Assembly: GCA_964514965.1 (NCBI GenBank)
Contig: CAZETV010000001.1
Span: forward strand, 420,001 to 452,000
Origin: Candidatus Hadarchaeota archaeon
Lineage (GTDB): Archaea > Hadarchaeota > Hadarchaeia > Hadarchaeales > Hadarchaeaceae
Direction: 5' to 3'
Length of the DNA: 32,000 bases
Shown here: one piece after another, positions 9,915 through 17,995 of the stretch
How the letters are laid out: the number at the start of each line of letters is the position of its first letter
Numbering within the stretch: position 1 is the first letter of the stretch
Made by a program: the position numbers and the translations under genes
Notes under the pieces: generated by a model
Database searches by the model: none
Told to the model about the DNA's origin: nothing
The model's input: only the letters and a program-made list of their open reading frames with translations

Positions 9915-10820
9915 ATGCGAGTGCTCGTCACGGGTGGCGCCGGCTTCGTAGGCTCAAACCTCGTTGAGGCGCTTGTCGAGCGGGGCGACGATGTTACTGT
10001 GCTCGATAATTTTTCGACGGGGACGGCGGAGAACTTGGAGAAGGTTCACGACCGGGTAAAAACCTTTCAGAGGTCCTGCACAGAGCTCCTAAAATTGAAG
10101 CTTCAACCCAAGCTGATATTTCACCTTGGCATTCCCTCCAGCTCACCCATGTACCGCGATAACCCACTGCTCGTCGGAGAGGCGATAAGCGGCTTCATGA
10201 ACGTGATGGAGCTCGCCAAGCAAAATCAAGCAAAAGTAGTCTACGCCTCCAGCTCGAGTATGTACCGCGGCTGTCCGAGACCCAATCGCGAGGACATGCA
10301 GACCGCGCCATTCGACTATTACACCGAGGCCCGACTTGCGATGGAACGCCTAGCGCGAGTATACCACCAGTTTCACGGCGTTTCTTCGGCAGGGCTGCGC
10401 TTCTTCTCTGTCTACGGGCCCCACGAGCGGGCGAAGGGAAGGTATGCAAATATAATAACCCAGATGATCCTTAACGATGAATTCACCATTTTCGACGATG
10501 GTTCCCAGACGAGGGATTTTACCCACGTGGATGATATTGTTAGGGCACTTGTCCTTGCAGCGGGGAAGGATGGGGCTTTTGTTTTTAATGTCGGGACCGG
10601 GCGAGAAACGTCTTTCAATGAGGTGGCGAAGTTGATACAAGAAGTAAAGCCGCTAAAAATCAAATACGTGCCAAATCCACTAGAAAATTACGTCGAACAA
10701 ACTCAAGCTGACATAAGCTTGGTGAAACGTGAGTTGTCTTGGGCGCCAACAGTGAAGCTTGAGGATGGGGTCAGGAGAACAGCAGAGTATTATGGGGAAG
10801 CACGACCCAAAAAACAGTAA
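9915..10820 (+). CDS. NAD-dependent epimerase/dehydratase
   Basis: MRVLVTGGAGFVGSNLVEALVERGD, YYTEARLAMERLA, LRFFSVYGPHE. GGAGG upstream favours ATG at 9915 over TTG at 9909. Confidence 0.9.
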   Translation: MRVLVTGGAGFVGSNLVEALVERGDDVTVLDNFSTGTAENLEKVHDRVKTFQRSCTELLKLKLQPKLIFHLGIPSSSPMYRDNPLLVGEAISGFMNVMELAKQNQAKVVYASSSSMYRGCPRPNREDMQTAPFDYYTEARLAMERLARVYHQFHGVSSAGLRFFSVYGPHERAKGRYANIITQMILNDEFTIFDDGSQTRDFTHVDDIVRALVLAAGKDGAFVFNVGTGRETSFNEVAKLIQEVKPLKIKYVPNPLENYVEQTQADISLVKRELSWAPTVKLEDGVRRTAEYYGEARPKKQ

Positions 10821-10835
10821 CAAAACTGTGATTTT

Positions 10836-11246
10836 ATGAAAACATGGTTCAAGGAGCTGAGCTTTTCAACGAGCAAGGCACGCGAGGTAATCGATCTAAC
10901 GAGCAAAGTTACCTCGGCAGTTCGAGAATCTGGCATAAAAAATGGTCTGCTCATCGTGCAACTTCCTCATGCGACGGCCTCGCTCGTGCTGAACGAGAAC
11001 GAAAGCGGGCTCAAACAGGATTTATTAAACAAGCTCGATGACTTCGCGCCGGTGCGTGGGGGCTATCAGCACGACCGCATCGATGATAATGCGCACGCGC
11101 ACCTGAAGTCAGCTTTCATAGGCTCCTCTCGAGTCCTGCCGATTGCCGATGGGCGCGTAGTTCGGGGCACTTGGCAGAGCTTTTTGGTGATCGAACAGGA
11201 TGGCCCCCGTACCCGCAGACTCGCGATTTTCGTGATGGGGGAGTGA
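10836..11246 (+). CDS. YjbQ family protein (UPF0047, secondary thiamine-phosphate synthase-like)
   Basis: HATASLVLNENE, DDNAHAHLKSAFIGSSRVLPIADGRVVRGTWQSFLVIEQDGPRTR is characteristic of the family. Confidence 0.9.
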   Translation: MKTWFKELSFSTSKAREVIDLTSKVTSAVRESGIKNGLLIVQLPHATASLVLNENESGLKQDLLNKLDDFAPVRGGYQHDRIDDNAHAHLKSAFIGSSRVLPIADGRVVRGTWQSFLVIEQDGPRTRRLAIFVMGE

Positions 11247-11250
11247 TTGA

Positions 11251-11769
11251 GTGATAGCGTATTTGGACATTGAGACAACTTCGACGAAAGCCGACCGGGG
11301 CATGGTCGTGGCGATCGGCCTGCTCAAGGGGGAAGAGCCGGAAATCCGCTTCGCGGAAACCCCCGGGGAGGAGCGGAAGGTGCTCGAGTGGCTCCGCGAT
11401 GAACTGGAGGACTGTGAGATGCTCGTGACTTGGTACGGTTCAGGTTTCGACATCCCCTTTCTTTGCACCCGCGCCTTGGCTCACAACATCGACCTCTCTA
11501 GACTCATCAACATCCCGATGCTCGACCTCTGCGAGTGGTCCCGCGGACATCTGCTCCTTTCCAGCTACAGGCTGAGCTCGGTAGCGCGGTTTCTGGGGAT
11601 ACAAAAGCCAGCCAATTTTCACGGAGCTGATGTCCTAACGTTGTTCAAGCTGGTCGAGCGCGGCGACCTCGAGGCGCGGAGGCTGATCGTCGAACACTGT
11701 AAGGAGGACATCGTGGTACTCAAGCTCGTCCACGAGAAGCTCAAGCCACAGGTCGAGCGCTCGGGATAG
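11251..11769 (+). CDS. RNase H-like fold exonuclease domain protein (YprB-like)
   Basis: IAYLDIETTSTKADRGMVVAIGL, LVTWYGSGFDIPFLCTRA, DVLTLFKLV...HCKEDIVVLKLV resemble DnaQ/RNase H-like ExoI/ExoII/ExoIII patterns. GTG start. Confidence 0.8.
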   Translation: MIAYLDIETTSTKADRGMVVAIGLLKGEEPEIRFAETPGEERKVLEWLRDELEDCEMLVTWYGSGFDIPFLCTRALAHNIDLSRLINIPMLDLCEWSRGHLLLSSYRLSSVARFLGIQKPANFHGADVLTLFKLVERGDLEARRLIVEHCKEDIVVLKLVHEKLKPQVERSG

Positions 11770-12014
11770 GGGTTGCTACGGAAGACTTTGAAAGAAGAGT
11801 AAGGGTCTGCACCCTCTGTAGGCTCCACCGCTCCCGCAAACGCTGAATACTTTCGCTTTTGCGGAAAGAGAAATAAAGCTAATTTAAGCCCAATTTGACA
11901 AAAAGCGGTGATTTTGGGATATTTTAAAAAGATGTGCCAAATACTTTCGGTGACCTCCCTCCCCCAAAGCGGCTTAAAAGCTATCTCCAATCCATCGGGC
12001 GGAAGGTGATTAAA

Positions 12015-12968
12015 ATGAAGAGACGTTTTCGTTGGGCGCTCGACGAATGCAGCTTGAGAGAAATGTATCTGGGGGACCACAAAACGATTTGGGAGATCGC
12101 AAAATATTTCGGAGTGAGCACGCAAAAAGTCGTTTACTACCTAAGAAAGTACAATATAAGAAGGGTTGAGCGATGGGAACGTTATGGATTAAAACACTTC
12201 ACGGTGAGACAGAGAGAGTACCTTTTTGGCTCGTTGTTAGGCGATGATTGCATCAGCAAGCATAAGGATGGGAAATATCCGTTCTTGCTAGTCTTCCATG
12301 GAATCGAACAAAGAGAATATGTTGAGTGGAAGCACGATATATGGGAACCAATAGTTCCGGGCGGGATAAAGAGAGGTATTCCCATAAAAACACCTACGGG
12401 AGTTTGTTACGCGGACCGCTTTACAACTGCAGCGCACCCTGATTTCACGGAGTTTTTTGAGATGTTTTATCAAGATGGCAGAAAAATTGTGAGCGAGGAA
12501 ATACTTCATAACTTAACGCCTTTCTCGCTCGCTGTATGGTACATGGATGATGGATATTACAAAAGACGTCGAGGAAGGGCCCAGCTATCCACAAATTCTT
12601 TCACTTATGAGGAAAATGTCACGATTAAAAAATACTTCGAAGAGACGTGGGACATCTCACCAAATATTGGAAAGTCTGATAGCGGGACTCATTACATATG
12701 GTTCAACACCGGAGAAACAATCAAGTTCTTTAACGTGTTTAAAAACCATATTTTGCCTCTTTTTGGTTACAAGGTAGACTTGGAAAGAAAGTTGATGTGG
12801 AGACGCCTTTCGGGACAGGAATTGAGGTACATACGGGAAAACTATAACATAGAGCACCCTCAGTTGATAGCGTACAAGTTAGGTAGATCTCTTCAGTCGA
12901 TTTTTAATGCAGCGCACAAGTTGGGGGTAACCCAGCCAAGAGGTGGCATAAAGAGATATGAAAAGTAA
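12015..12968 (+). CDS. Free-standing LAGLIDADG-family DNA endonuclease with N-terminal HTH-like region
   Basis: Two LAGLIDADG-like motifs (YLFGSLLGDDCI and SLAVWYMDDGYY). N-terminal HTH-like region TIWEIAKYFGVSTQKVVYYLRKYNI. RBS-like GGTGAT precedes ATG 12015; the ORF track start at 11934 is probably too long. Confidence 0.85.
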   Translation: MKRRFRWALDECSLREMYLGDHKTIWEIAKYFGVSTQKVVYYLRKYNIRRVERWERYGLKHFTVRQREYLFGSLLGDDCISKHKDGKYPFLLVFHGIEQREYVEWKHDIWEPIVPGGIKRGIPIKTPTGVCYADRFTTAAHPDFTEFFEMFYQDGRKIVSEEILHNLTPFSLAVWYMDDGYYKRRRGRAQLSTNSFTYEENVTIKKYFEETWDISPNIGKSDSGTHYIWFNTGETIKFFNVFKNHILPLFGYKVDLERKLMWRRLSGQELRYIRENYNIEHPQLIAYKLGRSLQSIFNAAHKLGVTQPRGGIKRYEK

Positions 12969-12991
12969 ATATAAGGAGTGATTGTATACGC

Positions 12992-13567
12992 ATGAGGAAA
13001 GTGGAAAAATTACTTCGGCTTGAAGCGGAAGCAAGGGCATGTAAGCGCTGTAGATTACATGAAACTAGAACGAATGTTGTATTCGGTTCAGGGGCAGCGG
13101 ATGCGGAGATGATGCTGGTCGGGGAGGGTCCTGGGTTCACGGAAGACCAAACAAAAATTCCGTTTAGTGGAGCCGCTGGTAAACAATTAAATGATCTTCT
13201 ACGCGAAGCTGGCTTGGAAAGGGAGAAAGTGCGCATTACCAACATAGTCCTGTGTCGTCCACCAAACAACAGAGACCCCGCACCCGACGAGATTGAAGCA
13301 TGCCGCCCGCTTCTTGAGAGCCAAATTTCTGCGATAAAGCCAAAACTCATCGTTGCTCTAGGCAGAATAGCCGCACGCACGCTGCTCGGCAAACACGTGA
13401 GTATAGGCAGGGAGCACGGCAAACTATTTGACTGCACCTACGCTGGTGCGCGCTTCAAGCTTTTCCTTACCTATCACCCCGCCGCAGCCCTCTACGGCGC
13501 CGAGACGAAAACTAGATTACAGGCGGATTTCAAAAAGCTCGGACAAATCATCAAAAGTAGGGTATAA
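12992..13567 (+). CDS. Uracil-DNA glycosylase, family 4 (Fe-S type)
   Basis: ACKRCRLHETRTNVVFGSG, MLVGEGPGFTEDQTKIPFSGAAGKQL, ITNIVLCRPPNNRDPAPDEIEACRPLL, LVALGRIAARTLLG, and late TYHPAA motif. Cys pattern matches the Fe-S cluster. Confidence 0.93.
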   Translation: MRKVEKLLRLEAEARACKRCRLHETRTNVVFGSGAADAEMMLVGEGPGFTEDQTKIPFSGAAGKQLNDLLREAGLEREKVRITNIVLCRPPNNRDPAPDEIEACRPLLESQISAIKPKLIVALGRIAARTLLGKHVSIGREHGKLFDCTYAGARFKLFLTYHPAAALYGAETKTRLQADFKKLGQIIKSRV

Positions 13568-13572
13568 CTAAA

Positions 13573-14250
13573 TCAAAATTTCTTTAGATCGAAAACTTTC
13601 ACTTTTTTTCGCTTCAGAAACTCGGCCGGAATATCCCAAATTGCCTTCGCCCGCTTGATTATCGCACGGTCACTGCTTGCGACGACATCAAATGAGCGGA
13701 GCTTCAAATCAACCCCGCCGATCGCTTGAGCATCGCCCTTCAGTTCCGCTTGCTCGAGTCGCTGCCTCACCATGCCTGAGAGCTCACCGCTCCTGCTCAC
13801 TTGCTTGTCAAACAAGAGCTCGACGTGACTTGGCTTTGCTCTAGTGATAATCCGCAAAAGCTCCGCAAGCGCTCGTGTGGTTGCAGGAGATACGCGATAC
13901 TTGCCGAATATCGCACGCAGGTCTCGGATGTAGCCATCGTCGCATCGCACAACTTGTTTGCGGGTGAAAATGCTCTCGAGTGTTATTAGGACGTTGTAGC
14001 CGTCAACACCTAGATGCTCGCCTCGAACGGCGCTTGCGCGGATAGCTTTTCGGCGATGCTCGGCTATTTCAAGTTTGGAGAAGACGCACCGCGCCAGCAG
14101 GTGGCGTTGGTTAAGCGGAAGGCGGTAGTGGTTGGCGACGAAGTTCACTGCTGACTCACGAGGGTAACCTTGGTTGAGCAGGTAACGCAAGTCCTCCACG
14201 GCGCACACGACTTTTCCCTGACCTGATATCACTCCAGACAAGTCGATCAA
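13573..14250 (-). CDS. DUF434-like conserved archaeal protein
   Basis: AVEDLRYLLNQGYPRESAVNFVANHYRLPLNQRHLLARCVFS and VDGYNVLITLESI...DDGYIRDLRAIFGKYRVS match the remembered DUF434/DUF5616 pattern. Confidence 0.75.
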   Translation of the reverse strand: MIDLSGVISGQGKVVCAVEDLRYLLNQGYPRESAVNFVANHYRLPLNQRHLLARCVFSKLEIAEHRRKAIRASAVRGEHLGVDGYNVLITLESIFTRKQVVRCDDGYIRDLRAIFGKYRVSPATTRALAELLRIITRAKPSHVELLFDKQVSRSGELSGMVRQRLEQAELKGDAQAIGGVDLKLRSFDVVASSDRAIIKRAKAIWDIPAEFLKRKKVKVFDLKKF

Positions 14251-14373
14251 CCTATCGCGTTTGATACCCTATTGTGATGTAGCTTCTTGAAGCCTTTGTT
14301 TTAACAGCTTTCTTTTTAGGATAGGGTTTAAAATACGCTGAAACAGGTCACTAATAGTTAAGGGGGTGAAAAA

Positions 14374-14880
14374 ATGGATAAGAAAAGAAGAATTTCCCCG
14401 ATAATTATAGTGATTATAGTAATAGTGGCTATCGCCGCAGTTGGCATCGGTTACATTCTCACGCGTGGCGCTGCGCCCAGTGGAGATATCGAAACAGCCA
14501 CTAGTTTGAGCTTCAAAGTGGACACGACAGTAATGGGTACGGAATATACGATGACATTCAAGGGGAAAGACATTCAAAGTTCTAACACCAAGTTCAGAAT
14601 CGATGGAACCATCGTTGACGAAGAATTCAAACTTATCATTTATACAGGTGAAGAAAACGCGTGGATGTGGATGTCCGCCACCGGTTGGCAAGATATCTCA
14701 GCGACGATGCAACCATATCTTGAGCAGTACCAGACACAATTCGATGCGTACAAGGAGGAATTATCTGACTGGACCGGAGGAGATTACACTTACACAGATC
14801 CAACGACAGGAGCAACCGTGAGGATCTACGACGTCGTGATAAATCCCGACCTTCCAGACACATTGTTCCAGATTGATTAG
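14374..14880 (+). CDS. Small membrane-anchored extracytoplasmic protein of unknown function
   Basis: KKRR followed by hydrophobic helix SPIIIVIIVIVAIAAVGIGYILT and a polar domain. GGGGGTG RBS-like sequence upstream. Confidence 0.65.
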   Translation: MDKKRRISPIIIVIIVIVAIAAVGIGYILTRGAAPSGDIETATSLSFKVDTTVMGTEYTMTFKGKDIQSSNTKFRIDGTIVDEEFKLIIYTGEENAWMWMSATGWQDISATMQPYLEQYQTQFDAYKEELSDWTGGDYTYTDPTTGATVRIYDVVINPDLPDTLFQID

Positions 14881-14942
14881 TCATCGGTTTAAGAAGGGAG
14901 CTAATTCAAGCTCTTTCCTTTTTATTCTAATCTTCATTTTTC

Positions 14943-17840
14943 TTACTCGATAAAGATCGCCGGCCTCATTGGAACCGCGAGCCTAGCGCGGTCCTGCGGG
15001 TCGTATCTCGCGGCGTCATCGGCTTTGAACACGCGCACCTCTTTCACGTTCAGCTGTTCTCGGATAAATTCGGCGGCATCGAGCAGAACCTGTAATTCAT
15101 CGATCTCGGTTGTTTCCAAGATATCGAGTTCCTCCGAGGGCACACCGCGAAGCTCCTGCATCGTCTGTTGGAGGAACTTCGACAGGTCGGATTTTTGCAA
15201 CCTGAGTCCCAATTTCTCTCCTATTTCCCGAAGCAGCGCGCCGAAGTCAACCTTTCCTCCCCCCACACGCTCCATGGCGATGCGATAAGCCCGCCACTTC
15301 CAGTCTTGCGCAACGTAAAGGCAGACCCGCTTAGGCTTTTCAACTTTTACCACGCGGAGGATTTTTCCTACATCCTCAAGCACTCGTCCGAGGTAGCTTT
15401 CCACCAGCTCAGCCCCCTCGTCGATGAGTCCCTCCTCCACCTTCGGCCAAGGAGCCACCGAGATGAAATCGCCCCCTTTTGCGCGTTCCCAAAGTTCTTC
15501 GCAAATGTGGGGCGTGAACGGGGCGAGCAAACGGAGCCAGACATTGAACACCATCTTAAGCATGTTGGCGCGTGCTTCAGGCTGCTGCGCCCGCTTCATG
15601 TACCATCGCAGATCTTGCATGAGGAAAAAGAAAGCGTGCTGTACGGCCTTGCGAGTCTCGAAAGCTTCGAGCGCTTCGGTCGCCGCTTGAACGTGTCTCT
15701 GGAGCCGGCTCAGCATCCACCGCTCGGGTTGGGCGAAGTTCGGACGTTCCGTCTCGGGCAACTCGAGAATCTCTTCGGCAAATGAGTAAAAGCGCTCCAG
15801 GTTCCTCCTCATCGCCTCAACCTCGCTGGTCCGCCAATCTAAGTTCTGCCAGGGTTCCGCAACCGACATCAAGTAGAGCCGCACCGTGTCAGCACCATAT
15901 TCTCGAACGGCTTCGTTGATCGCGATGATGTTTCCCTTCGACGATGACATCTTCTCCCCCTCGAGCACCGCCATCCCGAACGAAATAATGCCGCGGGGAC
16001 AGAGCCTGGGGAAGAGTATTACGTGATGGAAAATGTGGAAGGTAAGGTGGTTGGGAATCAGCTCGTTCGCCGACATTCGGTAGTCGAGCGGGTACCAGTA
16101 CTCGAACTCACGACGCATCTGTTCAAGGGCCTGCCGATCGATTCCTGTGGAACGAGAAATCGAATCAACACTGCCCTTCCCGTGAAAAACGTAGTCGAAG
16201 ACCTCATCGGTGAGCTTCGCGGGGTCTATGGTTTTGAGAATGTATGCAATCGTATAGTAAGCCATGTATATCGTCGAGTCGCTGAGTGACTCAATTATCC
16301 ACTTGGGATCCCAGGGCGCTGGCGTCCCCATCCCTATGCTGCGAGTGCATGGCCACTCGTGGAGCCATCCGATGGTGTGCTCAAATTGTACTCGCGTCTC
16401 AGGCGGCACCAAATCCATCCGCGCCAAGCAAGCCCGCGCCTTTTCCTTCCAGCCTTCGTCCGCGTAGTTCAGGAACCACTGATCCTCGACAACTTTAACT
16501 GCCACGGGTGTGCCGCATCTACAGACTACCGGTTTTTCCGAGAACTCGTACATCGTGGCAGCCTCGTTGTTAGCCATCATATCATCGCGCACGGCCGTTT
16601 TGGCTCGCGAGACCGGCATGCCCGAGTATTTCGTGACCCAAGAGCGCATTCTACCTTTCGCAAACTCGTTTCGATAGACCTCAGCAGTAGCTTCTTCGAG
16701 GCGGGAGTCTGTTTGGTCCTTGATTCCAATTCGATTAACGACATCTATCGCAGGAGACTCGCCGAATCCTTCGACCTCGATGAGTGAGATGGGCTTTAGT
16801 CCTTTCACATCACTGGGATTTACCCCGTGAGCTTTGAGTGTGTCCGGGTGTTTTTGGAGTTCGAGTAGAGCGACGTGATCGTAAGGAGCATGTGATGGAA
16901 CAGACCCAACCACTCCTGTAGCATTGTCCGGGTCAACGAATTTAGCAGGCAGGATTGGGACCCGCTTGTGGGTAAGCGGAACTTCAACTTCTCTACCGAA
17001 ATTTATCTGAATCGGTGAAACCTCGCCAACCTGATATCCTTGCTCACGTAACTTCTCGACTGCTTGCTCACTCACGATCCATTTCTCGCCGTTCACTTGA
17101 GCGCCAACATATTTCACATCAGGATTGAACCAAAGATTCGTGACTCCAAAAACAGTTTCGGGGCGAAGCGTGGCAGCGGGGAGCACGTAGTCATCAACTC
17201 TATATTTCAACAAAGTGAACTCGACTATCCCAACACCCTCACCTTCAAGCAAATCGTGGTCGGTCACAGGGTTCCCACAGCCCGGACACCACTTCACTGG
17301 GTGCTTGCCTTTGACGATTAAGCCCATGTCGTACAGCTTGTGATATTGCCATGTGATGAATTTGCTGTAGGAAAGGTCGACGGTGGTGAACTCCCGCCGC
17401 CAGTCGATTGAATAACCCAACCATTCCATTCCTTTTCGGTAACTCAACTCGCTCTCGCGGGCGAAGTAGGTTGCGAAATAGTAGGGGTCTTCGAACTTTG
17501 ACAGTTCGGACTCGACAACTCCATAGCGTTCGGTGAGCATCCGCACGAAGCTCGGTTCCCGGCGGGCAACCCGCTTGGCGGCCCCAACAATTGGGGTTCC
17601 TGTGAAGTGCCACGCCATCGGGAAAAGTACATTGTAACCCCGCATGCGCTTATATCGGGCGATTATATCTGACACAGTGTAGGTACGACCGTGGCCGATA
17701 TGCATGGGGCCAGAGACGTACGGATAGGCGACGGTCAAGTAGAACTTGGGCTTATCACTGGGCTTGGCATCAAAGAGCTTTACTTTACGCCACTCTTCGT
17801 GCCATTTTGTTTCTATTTCCCGCCAGTTTACTATAGTCAT
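14943..17840 (-). CDS. leuS: Leucyl-tRNA synthetase (archaeal/eukaryotic type)
   Basis: YPYVSGPMHIGHGRTYTVSD (HIGH), EKMSSSKGN (KMSKS), 965 aa with editing domain. Confidence 0.97.
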   Translation of the reverse strand: MTIVNWREIETKWHEEWRKVKLFDAKPSDKPKFYLTVAYPYVSGPMHIGHGRTYTVSDIIARYKRMRGYNVLFPMAWHFTGTPIVGAAKRVARREPSFVRMLTERYGVVESELSKFEDPYYFATYFARESELSYRKGMEWLGYSIDWRREFTTVDLSYSKFITWQYHKLYDMGLIVKGKHPVKWCPGCGNPVTDHDLLEGEGVGIVEFTLLKYRVDDYVLPAATLRPETVFGVTNLWFNPDVKYVGAQVNGEKWIVSEQAVEKLREQGYQVGEVSPIQINFGREVEVPLTHKRVPILPAKFVDPDNATGVVGSVPSHAPYDHVALLELQKHPDTLKAHGVNPSDVKGLKPISLIEVEGFGESPAIDVVNRIGIKDQTDSRLEEATAEVYRNEFAKGRMRSWVTKYSGMPVSRAKTAVRDDMMANNEAATMYEFSEKPVVCRCGTPVAVKVVEDQWFLNYADEGWKEKARACLARMDLVPPETRVQFEHTIGWLHEWPCTRSIGMGTPAPWDPKWIIESLSDSTIYMAYYTIAYILKTIDPAKLTDEVFDYVFHGKGSVDSISRSTGIDRQALEQMRREFEYWYPLDYRMSANELIPNHLTFHIFHHVILFPRLCPRGIISFGMAVLEGEKMSSSKGNIIAINEAVREYGADTVRLYLMSVAEPWQNLDWRTSEVEAMRRNLERFYSFAEEILELPETERPNFAQPERWMLSRLQRHVQAATEALEAFETRKAVQHAFFFLMQDLRWYMKRAQQPEARANMLKMVFNVWLRLLAPFTPHICEELWERAKGGDFISVAPWPKVEEGLIDEGAELVESYLGRVLEDVGKILRVVKVEKPKRVCLYVAQDWKWRAYRIAMERVGGGKVDFGALLREIGEKLGLRLQKSDLSKFLQQTMQELRGVPSEELDILETTEIDELQVLLDAAEFIREQLNVKEVRVFKADDAARYDPQDRARLAVPMRPAIFIE

Positions 17841-17995
17841 GATTTATCCTTGTTTAATCGAGAATAAAAATTCTGCAGGCGCTCCTCTGACCGTGTCCAC
17901 ATTTTACATTTCTCAATATTTATCTAACAGATTAGGATACTACTCGTGGCCCCGCCAGAGTTTTTATACAAAGCTTGATGATGCGCAGCAGTCCC

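Noticed and set aside
11619-12125. 168-aa minus-strand ORF across the nuclease/LAGLIDADG gap
   Set aside because: Mostly antisense to the exonuclease-like ORF and the endonuclease N-terminus, with no family-like motifs.
12015-12968. LAGLIDADG ORF as an intein or intron-encoded protein
   Set aside because: It has its own RBS and stop, neighbours on both sides are complete genes, and no split host gene or rRNA/tRNA is present.
15168-15785. 205-aa plus-strand ORF, and several other long ORFs antisense to leuS and alaS
   Set aside because: They lie opposite highly conserved synthetase sequence and show no recognisable motif; typical shadow ORFs.
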